Source: an uncultured Nitrososphaerales archaeon (GTDB taxonomy: Archaea; Thermoproteota; Nitrososphaeria; Nitrososphaerales; Nitrososphaeraceae). Taken from it: DNA of 64,000 nt. Below are positions 22,289 to 33,660 of this stretch, piece after piece. How positions within the stretch are numbered: the first letter of the stretch is position 1; every line of letters begins with the position of its first letter. The stretch covers positions 414,841 to 478,840 of the forward strand of contig CAVQMO010000003.1 in the NCBI GenBank assembly GCA_963713605.1, given 5' to 3'. A program made the position numbers and the translations under genes. Under the pieces are notes generated by a model. It made no database searches and had not been told where the DNA came from. It worked only from the letters and a program-made list of their open reading frames with translations.

Positions 22289-23293
22289 TTAGTCATATAA
22301 AAAACATGAGACAAAATGATCGCTACTACTCTCAAATTGATTGGCTTTACGTTGATTGCTAAGATTTGGCTCTTTTTTGCACTTATCCATTGAATAAAGA
22401 CATCTAAAATAAAAATTACAACCGCCACTAAATATTCTCTCTCCTTCACGTATACGAATAGATCTTGTTTTTTGCAGGTTTGTAGGATTTGGTTCAGATA
22501 CTGCATCGATAAGAGCTTGGGTATACGGATGGAGAGGATTAAGTAAAACACTATCAACCGCACCCATCTCCACTATCTTCCCAGCGTACATGATAGCGAT
22601 CTTGTCTCCGATGTATCTGGATGTGCTAAGATCATGTGTGATATACACATATGATATTCTGAATCTGTCTTTAAGATCCTTCATTAACTCCAATATCCCT
22701 GCTCTGACTGATACATCTAGCATCGATACTGGTTCGTCTGCAATTATAATTGCGGGTTTCAGAACTAGGGCTCTTGCAAGTGCAACTCGTTGTCGTTGAC
22801 CACCAGAAAGAGAGTATGGATAATTACTAGATAGCTCAACGGCAGGTTCAAGTTTAACATCCTCCAACGCCTTGTATACTTTTTCGTGCCGCTCTCTTCT
22901 TGAGCTGCCCTTTTCGTGGATATTAATTGGCTCCATTATAATATCAAGGATTTTCATTCTAGGATCGAGTGATGTGTACGCATCTTGGTGTACCATTTGG
23001 ACACTTCTCCTAAACTCTCTAAGATCTGCATCCTTTTTTTTTGTGATGTCATTACACTTGAATATTATTTGACCGTCATCTGGTTCTATTGCACGCAAAA
23101 GCAGTCTTGCAAGTGTTGATTTTCCTGAACCTGATTCGCCTGCAATAACGTAGACCTGACCTTCATCTAGTCTTAATGATACGCCGTCAACCGCCTTCAC
23201 GAGGGAAACAGAGCCTGTTCTCATCGCGCCCATTAAACCCTTTGACATTCGAAAATATTTTCTCAGGTTTTCAGCTCTGAGTATTTCTTGCAC
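22289..23293 (-). CDS. Oligopeptide/dipeptide ABC transporter ATP-binding protein
   Basis: GESGSGKST, LSGGQRQR, ADEPVSMLD, ITHDL, HPYT, C-terminal Cys cluster. Confidence 0.93.
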   Translation of the reverse strand: MQEILRAENLRKYFRMSKGLMGAMRTGSVSLVKAVDGVSLRLDEGQVYVIAGESGSGKSTLARLLLRAIEPDDGQIIFKCNDITKKKDADLREFRRSVQMVHQDAYTSLDPRMKILDIIMEPINIHEKGSSRRERHEKVYKALEDVKLEPAVELSSNYPYSLSGGQRQRVALARALVLKPAIIIADEPVSMLDVSVRAGILELMKDLKDRFRISYVYITHDLSTSRYIGDKIAIMYAGKIVEMGAVDSVLLNPLHPYTQALIDAVSEPNPTNLQKTRSIRIREGERIFSGGCNFYFRCLYSMDKCKKEPNLSNQRKANQFESSSDHFVSCFLYD

Positions 23294-23734
23294 TTATGCC
23301 TTATATAGAATTAGGCATATATTTGCATATATACACTTTTTTCCTGGTCTGTTAAGTGGTGTGTGAAATAGCCAAATCAGTCTGTAAATTCCATGAGGAA
23401 AACTTGAATCACGACAAATTCTATTTCAACTCAAAAAAGTAAATGTGTGTCCTGTGAATGATCGAAGGAATGTCACTACGGAGAAAAGATCCATATCCAG
23501 CCTGACCATCCTGTCAGCCACTCATACTATTAAAGCTACGAGGCAATTATTAGGACAATAAATATAATTGCAGTAAAAAGAGGAACCCATTAATTAAGAT
23601 AGTTTTCTTTTTTTACTAAACACAAGCGGGTTATAGAAAAGGCCTGTAAATGCAGTTTAGTTATCTAAACTCTTGTATTATCCCTAAACCGAAATCGACT
23701 TAATATCGTCAAATCTGGCAATGAATTCATCTCG

Positions 23735-24355
23735 TCATTTTGGTTTGAATAAGTCATTGAAGTTCTTAAATTTCTTGATCTTCGTTACTAGGACCACAGA
23801 AGCTAACGATATTGCAAGGACTAATGCAGCGAGAGGGCCAAATTCAGGAACAATGTGTGTCCCAGTGATCTCTATCTGCTCGGATCCGTTACCGAATTCT
23901 ATACTCAATATTCTTGCTTGAGTGTTGTTCATGATTTCATCATATGGTACGAACTGTCCATCAACAAATACAGCATAAGCATCGTCCACGTTCGGCTGCT
24001 TTTTAGAGTCTATAACATTTCTAGGAAGCTCGATGGTTAATACCCCGTCAGAAACTGCCGAGATTTCAGCTGTCAGTGTTATATTATCTCTTTGGACCCA
24101 CATTGCCTTCAATTGATTGTCTCCACTGATCTGGTATCTGATCTGATACGACGCATTCACTATCTCCAACGCTATGGTATTCACCGGATAGGGAGCAGCA
24201 GTTCCGTTTAGTTCAGAGATGGTTTCATTTTCCTGTCCGTATACATTATAAGAGGAAATTCCGATAAACATGAAGAATGATAATACTACGAAGCTAGTTG
24301 AGAGAATATGATGTTGTCGTAATGATTGGACTATCGCGGCACTAGTTAAAAGCAA
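23735..24355 (-). CDS. PEFG-CTERM sorting domain surface protein
   Basis: Signal-like N-terminus, IEITGTHIVPEFG, TM helix, basic tail. Confidence 0.9.
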   Translation of the reverse strand: MLLTSAAIVQSLRQHHILSTSFVVLSFFMFIGISSYNVYGQENETISELNGTAAPYPVNTIALEIVNASYQIRYQISGDNQLKAMWVQRDNITLTAEISAVSDGVLTIELPRNVIDSKKQPNVDDAYAVFVDGQFVPYDEIMNNTQARILSIEFGNGSEQIEITGTHIVPEFGPLAALVLAISLASVVLVTKIKKFKNFNDLFKPK

Positions 24356-24533
24356 ATTTCTCTGGTTTAGTTGAAGATAATGGCTTTAAAGTTTTGGCTC
24401 TTGGCGTTACATTTTCGCAGTAATCAGGTCCATTACTCCATTTCCTCTAATAAATCAGGTTCGTTAATGCTATCTCAGGTTACATCTAAATATGCAGCAG
24501 AAGTAGCTTTCGTATTGGAAGAAGGTCATAGGA

Positions 24534-25818
24534 ATGGAGGTTGCTGAAGGAACTAAGTTTCGAGAGTTGAGTTTGACTGACAGACTAGATCTACTTAAGA
24601 AGAATGCTTCTCTTGAGGACAGGGACATCCAATTTCTCAAGGATTCAGCGCACAGTTTGGGTTTTGATAATGTGAATAGAATGATAGAAAATGCCATTGG
24701 AGTATTTCCCGTTCCAATGGGAATTGCGACAAACTTTTTGATTAATGACATGGACTATCTCATCCCTATGGCGATAGAAGAGCCATCTGTGATTGCCGCT
24801 ACAAGTAAAGCGAGCAAAAATAGCCAAACTCACTGGCGGATTTCACGCTGAACCAGATGATTCCCTAATGATTGGTCAAATTCAAGTGATTCCATATGGT
24901 AAGCCTCATGAGGCAATTTCAAGAGAGATTCTTGAGAAAAAAGATGAATTATTTAGGATTGCCACTTCCATGGCTAGATCGTCAAAAGTAGTAGAAATAG
25001 AACTCCGAACCGTCCAAGACGAGAGCCAGCTAGGCATGGGCACCATGATCATCGTTGAACTCATAATCAACACTCGTGATGCGATGGGTGCCAACGTAGT
25101 GAATACGATTTGCGAGGCGGTCGGACAAGCCATTGAAAGTATTACTGGTGGCAGGACGATATTGAAGATCCTTTCGAACTATTCGGTGCGAAGACTAGTT
25201 AGATGCAGTGCCACTTTCCCGAAAAATCAAATTGGTGGAGATATCATGGTGGAACGAATCCTATATGCGTATGCACTTGCTTATTCAGATGTCTACAGAG
25301 CTGTTACCCACAACAAAGGTATCATGAATGGCATTGATGCCGTAGCACTGGCGACCGGGCAGGACTTCCGTGCTATTGAGGCTGCGGCGCACGCTTATGC
25401 TAGTAGAGGAGGTCGTTACAGGTCATTGTCAAAGTGGTATAGGGATGAAAATGGTGATCTTGTTGGCGAATTGGAAATGCCTATGGCTGTAGGGACTGTG
25501 GGTGGAGTGACGAAGGTACATCAGATGGCTGCGACGAGCTTAAAGATTCTAAAGGTTAATTCTTCCCAAGAACTTGCGATTGTGATCGCATCTGTGGGTC
25601 TAGCCCAGAATTTTGCAGCACTACTTGCATTGGCTTCTGAAGGGATTCAGAAGGGGCACATGAAACTACATTCAAGAAATATTGCTTTTATGGCGGGTGC
25701 AAGAGGTGATATGATAGACATCATATCAGAGCACCTTGTCAAGGAAGAGAAAGTAAATCTATCTAGAGCAAAGGAATTGATGGTTAAGTTCGGCCAAAAT
25801 GGTCAAATCAATGATTAG
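24534..25818 (+). CDS. hmgA: Hydroxymethylglutaryl-CoA reductase (class II type), frameshift near 24810
   Basis: ENAIG, PMAIEEPSVIAA, DAMGAN, ILSN, THNKGIMNGI, GQDFRAIEA, GIQKGHMKLH. Confidence 0.93.
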
Positions 25819-25857
25819 ATATATACAAAGGATCTGGCATCTCCCAAGCATTTAGCC

Positions 25858-26835
25858 ATGTCTATAGTTAAGTTTGCAATTCCAAAAGGCAGTATTGAAG
25901 AGGCAACATTTAGAGTACTCGAACAAGCATGGCAGACTGTTAGTGGTCACGGACGAACATATCGCATCAAACTCAGTGATCCAGATATTGAAGTAAAAAT
26001 ACTGCGACCTCAAGAAATACCTACCTATGTTCAAGAAGGTTTCTACGATGTCGGAATAACTGGTAAGGATTGGGTCAGAGAAGCCAACGCGTATGTTTCT
26101 CATTTACTTGATTTGGAGTATGGGCGTGTTACCCAGGTTATTGCAGTACCTGAGATTTTTCCGGTCAATAACTTATCGGAGCTGATCACAGAATTCGCGG
26201 AGAAGAAGAAGACTTTAAGGATTTCGACTGAATATCTTACGACTACTTCTTCACATATAAAATCTAATAATGCATACATTAAGTATTTTGGTGATTCTGA
26301 TCCCCAGATCATTACACCATGGTTGCGTGTAGGAACGAACAAGAATGTGCAGATATTCCTTTCTTTTGGAGCGACAGAAGCTAAACCACCAGAAGATGTT
26401 GACGCGATCTTTGATATAACTGAAACAGGAACGACCATAATGCAGAACAATCTTAAGATTATAGATACTGTGATGGAGTCATCTGCAATATTAATTGCCA
26501 ATAAGACGTCATTAATGAATATAGGTAAGAGAGAAAAGATTGCAGATATGCTCGCTCTATTGAAGGGAGTAGTTGAAGCGAGAAAAAAAGTTCACATTTT
26601 TATGAATGTTAAAGAAGAAAATATTAGTTCCATTCTTGAAAGTCTTCCCGCTCTCAAGAGGCCCACAATAAGCAATCTAAGTGAAAGCGGATGGTACAGC
26701 GTTAGCACGATAATAGACAAAAACGAATTTATCAAAATCCTTCCAATATTGCGGAAGAGAGCTCAAGGTCTTGTTGTAAGTGAACCAAGACAGATTCTCC
26801 AGCTTGACGAAATCAATATAGATGACCATTTGTAA
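25858..26835 (+). CDS. hisG: ATP phosphoribosyltransferase
   Basis: AIPKGS, RPQEIP.YV..G.YDVGITG.DW, SFGATEAKPP, DITETGTT, PTIS.L. Confidence 0.96.
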   Translation: MSIVKFAIPKGSIEEATFRVLEQAWQTVSGHGRTYRIKLSDPDIEVKILRPQEIPTYVQEGFYDVGITGKDWVREANAYVSHLLDLEYGRVTQVIAVPEIFPVNNLSELITEFAEKKKTLRISTEYLTTTSSHIKSNNAYIKYFGDSDPQIITPWLRVGTNKNVQIFLSFGATEAKPPEDVDAIFDITETGTTIMQNNLKIIDTVMESSAILIANKTSLMNIGKREKIADMLALLKGVVEARKKVHIFMNVKEENISSILESLPALKRPTISNLSESGWYSVSTIIDKNEFIKILPILRKRAQGLVVSEPRQILQLDEINIDDHL

Positions 26836-27019
26836 AATAAATTGAAGACGATGAATTATTGCAATAGCTATTCTGCTTAACGCAGACATTTTGATGCATA
26901 TACTGATAGCACTATTCAATTTATGAAAACATTACGTGGTATACTAATCTATTATATTCTCACCGATTCGTGCTAGCCCATGCGAATCAATTATACATTT
27001 TAGTGGAGAGTTAAGAATA

Positions 27020-27139
27020 ATGAACAAAATCTCGAGGACTGAAGCCTCTATGTGCCTGAACTGTGATGGTGATGTTCTCAAAACCTACATACAGTATGCT
27101 GTCAATACAATTCTCGAGGGTAAAAAGATGATGAGTTAA
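27020..27139 (+). CDS. Possible 39-aa peptide with CxxC, coupled to the downstream hydrolase
   Basis: MNKISRTEASMCLNCDGDVLKTYIQYAVNTILEGKKMMS*; its stop overlaps the next ATG (TAATG). Confidence 0.3.
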   Translation: MNKISRTEASMCLNCDGDVLKTYIQYAVNTILEGKKMMS

Positions 27140-27792
27140 TGAACAACCTTACTTATGCCGCTGCAATACCGATAACAAATCGTATACGGCCAGTAGATAG
27201 AAAGATTAACCTACGTGCAGGACAACGGCGAGAGACAAGGTATGCTGTCTTAGTAAACGACATGTTATATGATTTTGTTCATGGGAAATTAAGATCAAAT
27301 AGAGTCTTTCGCATAATCCCAAAATTAAGTGCATTGTTAGATGCTGCGAGAGAGAAAGGTATTCCAATTTTTTATTGTAACGATGAACACGAAATTTCCG
27401 ACCCTGAAATTAAGATATGGGGTCCTCATGCCATGAAGCTTACTCCGGGATCCAAAGTGATACACGAACTTGAACCACGATCAACTGATTTTATAGTTCC
27501 AAAAAGGAACTACGGTTCATTTGAAAATACTAATCTTGATAAGCTTTTAAGAAGCATATATGAAGGACAAGGAGCTAATACTCTGATCATAACTGGAATA
27601 CACACTCACATTTGTGTTAAACATACAGCTTATGGCGGATTTATTAGGGGATTCAATATGATTCTACCTGAAGATTCTGTCACTGCATTCACAGAAGAAA
27701 ACCATAAGTCAGGTTTACAGTACATAAAGGAGAACTACGGCGCTGCAATTAAAAGTACTTCACAGCTACGAAAAGAGCTAAAGTCATACTGA
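27139..27792 (+). CDS. Isochorismatase/cysteine hydrolase family protein
   Basis: VNDMLYDF (catalytic D), WGPHA, KRNYGSF, TGIHTHICV. Confidence 0.9.
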   Translation: MNNLTYAAAIPITNRIRPVDRKINLRAGQRRETRYAVLVNDMLYDFVHGKLRSNRVFRIIPKLSALLDAAREKGIPIFYCNDEHEISDPEIKIWGPHAMKLTPGSKVIHELEPRSTDFIVPKRNYGSFENTNLDKLLRSIYEGQGANTLIITGIHTHICVKHTAYGGFIRGFNMILPEDSVTAFTEENHKSGLQYIKENYGAAIKSTSQLRKELKSY

Positions 27793-28354
27793 TTTAATAC
27801 CATATATGTATTTTTGGTTGACAGTATGCGGTTGCTAAAGAAAACTATAGCAAAGATGAATGATTTACGTACGAAGTTATAAGGAAGGCAATAATTGTAA
27901 TACAAGCGATTCAGCGTAACAAGTTAGCAACATATTTGATACAAGTTTACTAACATGCTCAAATTGGATTTGCTTGAGAACTATGATATTATTTATTAAG
28001 GTAACGATCTTGTCATCGAATATGAATTAGAATTAAGGGTGAACACAAATTCAAGATCGAACTGGAAATATTCTGTTACAACGTGTACTAGATGTGATAT
28101 GAAACCTTTTCACCTGATAAATTATATCCATTGAACAGGATAGCTCCTCCTCGTAAAAATATTCAAGCGAACCAAATTGAATATCGTTCTACACTTTGGT
28201 ATGACTGAAAACGCTACATTATTAGACTATAGAGCAGAGAAAACAGATGAAATAGGTATGTATAGAAGTGCAGAAATTCTTTGATAAGTAATAAGGTACT
28301 AATAACTTATTTGTGTTCGATACTCTAGTTCCAAGCAAGGCGGAGTAGAATCTA

Positions 28355-29179
28355 TTACTCACTTTGAAAGGGTTTGAAATCTATCACCCCAGAGACGTCC
28401 ATTATATCTATTTCGTTAGCCATTTCTTGAGCTTCCGCAGTTTCATCATCTTCTTTCATACACCTATTATAGAAATTGCATTTGGGACATTTCAAATTCC
28501 TCTTGGCCTGAGAGAGCCTAGGAAGGATAGACACATCGGAATGTTCAAGTGCTTTCCTGAAAAGATTTTTTCTTCTAACCATTTCGTTCCTTAATATTTC
28601 CCTAACAATATCATCTTTTGGCAGATGAACACTCCAACTTTCTATAGAGGGCCCTTTCGCATCATGAGGCTGAAGAAAATAATCCCCCTTCGAATCACTC
28701 TTTATCCATCTCAGTTCTTTCGTGTTATACCTGATGGAAATGACTCCTCGTTCAACGCCGGTTATTACAAGATAATATAACAATTGTCGCAGATATGATC
28801 TGAACTTTTCATCAGTAATATTCAGTCTACTGAAGTTCAATGTGTCTTTAAGTTCAACAATAGAATCGCAAGACATTATATCCGGATGCGCAAGTATTCC
28901 ATCGAATTCAAGATTTGATTGGGAGACGCCTATATTTGCTAGCTGAGTTATGACAAATTCGCTAGACTCTCCTCTGATGAAATGATACATAGATTCATCA
29001 GATATCGTATCAATTTCGGGGAATCTACGTGAATAATACTGTTTTCTGATACAGGATGAAGGAATAATATCTGAAACATGCACTTCATTTTCAGAACGCC
29101 TTTTCTGATCGTATCTTGATCTTAGATTCAGTTTGAGTAGATTAGTGAATTCGTCATCTCTTCTGACTATTACAGTCAT
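28355..29179 (-). CDS. Solo Cas4-like / PD-(D/E)XK nuclease with Fe-S cysteines
   Basis: HVSDI..SCIRKQYY, RG, HPDI..IVELK, YLRQLLYY, CPKCNFYNRC. Confidence 0.8.
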   Translation of the reverse strand: MTVIVRRDDEFTNLLKLNLRSRYDQKRRSENEVHVSDIIPSSCIRKQYYSRRFPEIDTISDESMYHFIRGESSEFVITQLANIGVSQSNLEFDGILAHPDIMSCDSIVELKDTLNFSRLNITDEKFRSYLRQLLYYLVITGVERGVISIRYNTKELRWIKSDSKGDYFLQPHDAKGPSIESWSVHLPKDDIVREILRNEMVRRKNLFRKALEHSDVSILPRLSQAKRNLKCPKCNFYNRCMKEDDETAEAQEMANEIDIMDVSGVIDFKPFQSE

Positions 29180-29679
29180 ATCTCAGCAAGACAAGGTGTA
29201 CATCGGTGCATAAAGAAATCCTCAAAATCATAATCTTTACATGACTTGGATAATTGCTGCGTTTTAGCTTGAACTGAACTTTTCATAATACTATTTTGAT
29301 ATCTTTGATACATTTTTGTGTTCCTATCGGATTTAGGTAAGATATTAGCTGAGTTTTGCTTCTACTGCTATCTGTCATTTTTGATGAAATAAATCCCGAC
29401 AATGGTGATGATTACATTTAGTAGCCAATTGAAATGCGCACGCTAGTAAGCAATCGATTTATAAAGAATCGATGTCATCATTGAAAATTTCATTTTACTA
29501 AACAGAAACTTGAAGTTTCCTTGATTTGACACGATAGAAAAAATCCCGTTAGGACGTCCAAACTCTACTTAACGAAGATTATCTTTTTTAGGACTTCGGA
29601 AGATATATTCCTGTGTCAATCCCTTCTAACTGCAACATTAATTGTCAGAGAATAGTAGTGATCTAGATGGTGTTGAGAA

Positions 29680-30976
29680 TTGTTGAGAATTGTTGATGTA
29701 AAAAATGTGCAGTCAGATGTTGCAAGATTTAGGAAGTCACGTGTAACCTTATCAGATAGTATTATAAAAAAAACAAGCGATATCATAGCGTCAGTAGTAA
29801 AGTCTGGGGATCGCGCACTCCTTAAGTATACTCAAGAGTTCGAAGGCGTTGAACTGAAAACTCTTAGAGTGTCTGAAGACGAAATTAGCTCTGCGTTCAA
29901 AAAGGTCACCTCTTTGCAGTTGAAATCGATACATGCAATGCGAAAGAGATTGATTAAATTCGAATCAAATCTGTTTGATCATGTGAGTGGCATTGAATCA
30001 CGGTTTGACCGACTGAAAATATCAAGACTACTTAGACCTATAGAAAATGTTGGTTGCTATGTACCAGGAGGAAAAGCTAGATACCCTAGTACCTTGCTAA
30101 TGTGCTGCACTCCAGCAAATGTTGCTGGAGTCAAGAGATTAGTTGTGATCACTCCGCCTCAAAAGGATGGAACTATTGATCCTCTGACCCTGGTGGCTGC
30201 TGATATCTGCAAAGTACAGGAAGTTTATAAGCTTGGAGGAGCTCAGGGAATAGCCGCACTCAGCCTTCGGAACAGAAAGCATTAGGAAAGTTGACAAGAT
30301 TGTGGGACCTGGCGGTATTTTTGTAACCGCTGCCAAAAATATGGTTTCCGACAGGGTTGCAACCGATATGGTCGCTGGTCCTACAGAATTGTTGGTATTT
30401 GCTGATTCAAAATCACATCCCCGACTCGCGGCCCTTGATTTGATCTCTCAATCTGAGCACAGTAACGACACACTCTGTGGTATGGTTACGACATCGAGAC
30501 GTATGGCGATGCGAGTTAACGAAGAAATTAATATGCTGATCAGAAGCAAAGTGGGTGTCTTAAGACGCGATATAATTACGCAAAGTCTTAATGAGAATGG
30601 TTTTATTGCAATATGCAAACGAAAATCTGAAGCTATCGATTTCATAAATGAATTCGCGCCCGAGCATTTAGAGGTAATGACTGTTAACGCGGGTTCGGTA
30701 GTTAAAAAAATAAGATCTGCAGGCCTCATTCTTATAGGAAAGTACACTCCATCGGCAGCTAGTGACTATTGTCTCGGTTCAAATCATGTGTTACCTACCC
30801 TGGGATTTGCTAAGTCGCGAGCTGCTTTATCTGTCCTGGACTTTTTAAAGATGATAAGTTGCATTGAACTAAACGGAAATGGTTTAAAAAAGATTGAATC
30901 TTGTGTCAAGGAAATCACGACTGCAGAGGGATTATTTAATCATTACAAAGCGGTAGAAGGAAGGTTTTTGAAATGA
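29680..30976 (+). CDS. hisD: Histidinol dehydrogenase, frameshift near 30262
   Basis: YVPGGKA.YPST, GGAQGIAAL, KIVGPG, DMVAGPTE, SQSEH, APEHL, DYCLGSNHVLPT. Confidence 0.96.
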
Positions 30977-32055
30977 CGTCAGAATGGCTCTCAAAAAGGC
31001 TGCTGGAACTATCCAGACTTGACGCCTATATCAAGCCTGCAACTCATGACAGAGTTATAAAAATGGATGCTAATGAGAATCTCGCTTTACCTCCACAGTT
31101 CCTTAATGATATTGTGTCTAAAGCAGTCTCGATGACTGACTTGAGATATTATCCCTCGGAGGAATTAGAGAAGTTCTATGAGCAGTTATCACGGTATTTG
31201 AACATAAACAAGAAGCATATTGCTGTCAGCAACGGTTCAGATCAAATCATAGAATCTTTGTTATCGACGTTAGGAAAACGGTCTAATGTTACTATTGTCG
31301 AACCCACCTTCTCATATTTCATAAACCGATGTAAATTGCATGATATATCGATTAAAAGTATTCCTTTGAACGAAGTGGATAATAGCATTCCGTTATCAGG
31401 ATTTATGAACAGTGCAAAAAAATCGAATATTGTATATATCTGTTCTCCAAATAATCCTACGGGAAATCAGTTTGACAAAGAGACCATGCTAGACATTGTT
31501 GAATCACTGGATAACCAATTGATAATAGTTGATGAAGCATATGTAGAATTTGGGAAATATAGTTTATCCCAATTCGTAACTAAATATAATAATTTGGTCG
31601 TTCTTCGGACTATGTCAAAAGCGTTTGGATTAGCTGGTGCCAGGATAGGGTATCTAATCTCCCAAGAGAATTTGGCAGAGATTTTTAGAACACATATTCA
31701 ATCTCCTTATCCAATCAATAGTTTGTCACTAACCGTAGCCACATCTGCTTTATCCTCTTGTCAGTACTTTTTGGAGATAGTTCAATTAATCAGACAACAA
31801 AGAGACAAAATGTTTCTAAGCCTTAGTAAAATGCAAGGAATCAAACCCTTCCGATCGGAAGCAAATTTTGTCTTTTTTGAATCTTTTGATTTATACGACT
31901 CAATTCAAGAAGAGCTTAGGCGTGAATTGATATCAATTAAGGCTCTAGGTAATATTTGTGGATATAGAGGGTGCTTTAGGGTTACAGTGGGTACTCAAAA
32001 AATGAATGATAAATTCATCGGCTCGATGCGAAACATCATGTCGAAGGATGGATAA
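30973..32055 (+). CDS. hisC: Histidinol-phosphate aminotransferase
   Basis: DANEN, NGSDQII, CSPNNPTG, DEAYVEF, RTMSKAFGLAGARIGY. Confidence 0.94.
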   Translation: MTSEWLSKRLLELSRLDAYIKPATHDRVIKMDANENLALPPQFLNDIVSKAVSMTDLRYYPSEELEKFYEQLSRYLNINKKHIAVSNGSDQIIESLLSTLGKRSNVTIVEPTFSYFINRCKLHDISIKSIPLNEVDNSIPLSGFMNSAKKSNIVYICSPNNPTGNQFDKETMLDIVESLDNQLIIVDEAYVEFGKYSLSQFVTKYNNLVVLRTMSKAFGLAGARIGYLISQENLAEIFRTHIQSPYPINSLSLTVATSALSSCQYFLEIVQLIRQQRDKMFLSLSKMQGIKPFRSEANFVFFESFDLYDSIQEELRRELISIKALGNICGYRGCFRVTVGTQKMNDKFIGSMRNIMSKDG

Positions 32056-32089
32056 AACTGTCTCACTCACCGGGTTTCTTTAATGGAGG

Positions 32090-33043
32090 GTGTGTAAGTT
32101 CTACAAGAAGAATATAGATGGCATCCTCTTTGATGTGGACGGAGTTCTGATAGACACTAGACTCTCGTACAATCTTGCCATCAAGAAAACGGTCAAACAT
32201 GTTCTCGACATATTGAATAGAGCCAAGACAATCCAGTCCGTATCAGACAATATCCTTCTTAAAATGCGTCGAACTGGAGGTTTTAATAACGATACTGATA
32301 CTACTTATGCCCTGATTCTTACTTTACTTGTAAGTCAGATCACGAGCACGAAAGAATTGGAAAGCCTTCTATTTGGTGCAACCAATAATATTGATGCAAG
32401 AGGGATAATTTCTGTAGAGAGGTATCTATCGAGACTCTATTCTAGAGCTACGGTAGAGAAAATAAAACACAAGTTGAACTATCCTGGACCTGTTGGCCAG
32501 AGTATTGTGACAACTGTTTTTGATGAAGTTTTTTACGGAGCAGAATTACTTAACCGAAGATACGGTATTTATCCTAAATACTATTTTGGTGACGGTCTAA
32601 TTAACAATGAAAAGATTGTGATTACCAGGGATACTGGAAGATTCCTGTTAAGTAGATTCAACAATAGTATTGGAGTTGTTTCAGGGAGGAGTAAATTGGC
32701 CTTTGAGCATTCTCTTCAAGGATTATTATCAACCTTTAACAAAGAAGCATGCATTTTTTTGGAAGACGAACCAAGAAAAAATGCAAAGCCTAATCCTTTT
32801 GGAATTAGAAAAGCTATGAAACGAATGCTCACAAAGCATGCTATATACGTAGGTGATTCCGTAGAGGATATAGTTATGGTGGAAAAGGCGAAAGAGGAGA
32901 TGGGGCTAGATGTTGAATTCATTGGAGTATATGGATCGAGTGCTAAGCCTATGGAAACTAGGAAAGATCTAAAGCAGAATGGTGCGGAGATAGTATTAAG
33001 GAGCGTCAATAAACTGCCAATTATATTAAATAAAGTAATGTGA
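32090..33043 (+). CDS. HAD-superfamily hydrolase, candidate histidinol-phosphate phosphatase (start uncertain)
   Basis: FDVDGVLID, SGR, KPNP, YVGDSVED; sits between hisC and hisB. Confidence 0.8.
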   Translation: MCKFYKKNIDGILFDVDGVLIDTRLSYNLAIKKTVKHVLDILNRAKTIQSVSDNILLKMRRTGGFNNDTDTTYALILTLLVSQITSTKELESLLFGATNNIDARGIISVERYLSRLYSRATVEKIKHKLNYPGPVGQSIVTTVFDEVFYGAELLNRRYGIYPKYYFGDGLINNEKIVITRDTGRFLLSRFNNSIGVVSGRSKLAFEHSLQGLLSTFNKEACIFLEDEPRKNAKPNPFGIRKAMKRMLTKHAIYVGDSVEDIVMVEKAKEEMGLDVEFIGVYGSSAKPMETRKDLKQNGAEIVLRSVNKLPIILNKVM

Positions 33044-33057
33044 ATACTTGATCGCAT

Positions 33058-33660
33058 TTGATTGAAGAAAGTAAGCATGAAAGGATTGGTGAAACTACTC
33101 GCTCCACTAAAGAAACAAATATCAAAGTTACAGTCAATCTAGACGGATCAGGAAAAGCGAACACTTCAACTGGATTGCCTTTTATTAATCACTTAATAGA
33201 ATCTCTCGCAAAACATAGTATGGTTGATATCAATGTACTTGCTAATTCAAATGATAATATTGTACACCACTTGATCGAGGACACTGCTATCTCTCTATCC
33301 CGTGCTCTAGACAAGGCGCTAAGCGATAGGAAGAATATCATTAGGTTTGGTTATGCGATCGTCCCGATGGACGATTCCCTGACGATCGCTTCTATTGACC
33401 TTGTTAGGCGGCAATATAGCAAAATTTCGTTGCCTCTCATCAATAATAAGATTGAGGGTATTTACAAAGAAGACATAGAGCATTTTGTTCGATCACTTGC
33501 AGAGAACCTTAACGCATGTGTTCATATTGATGCTAAGTATGGGGAAAATGATCATCACAAGGTTGAATCTGTGATAAAAGCATTTGCCGTCGCATTTCGT
33601 ATGGCTATAAATTTTGATCCTAGGAGTCAAAGTGTTGCCAGTACCAAAGGAGAGATGTAA
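33058..33660 (+). CDS. hisB: Imidazoleglycerol-phosphate dehydratase
   Basis: RSTKETNI, HHLIED, PMDDS, NDHHKVE..KAF. Confidence 0.95.
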   Translation: MIEESKHERIGETTRSTKETNIKVTVNLDGSGKANTSTGLPFINHLIESLAKHSMVDINVLANSNDNIVHHLIEDTAISLSRALDKALSDRKNIIRFGYAIVPMDDSLTIASIDLVRRQYSKISLPLINNKIEGIYKEDIEHFVRSLAENLNACVHIDAKYGENDHHKVESVIKAFAVAFRMAINFDPRSQSVASTKGEM

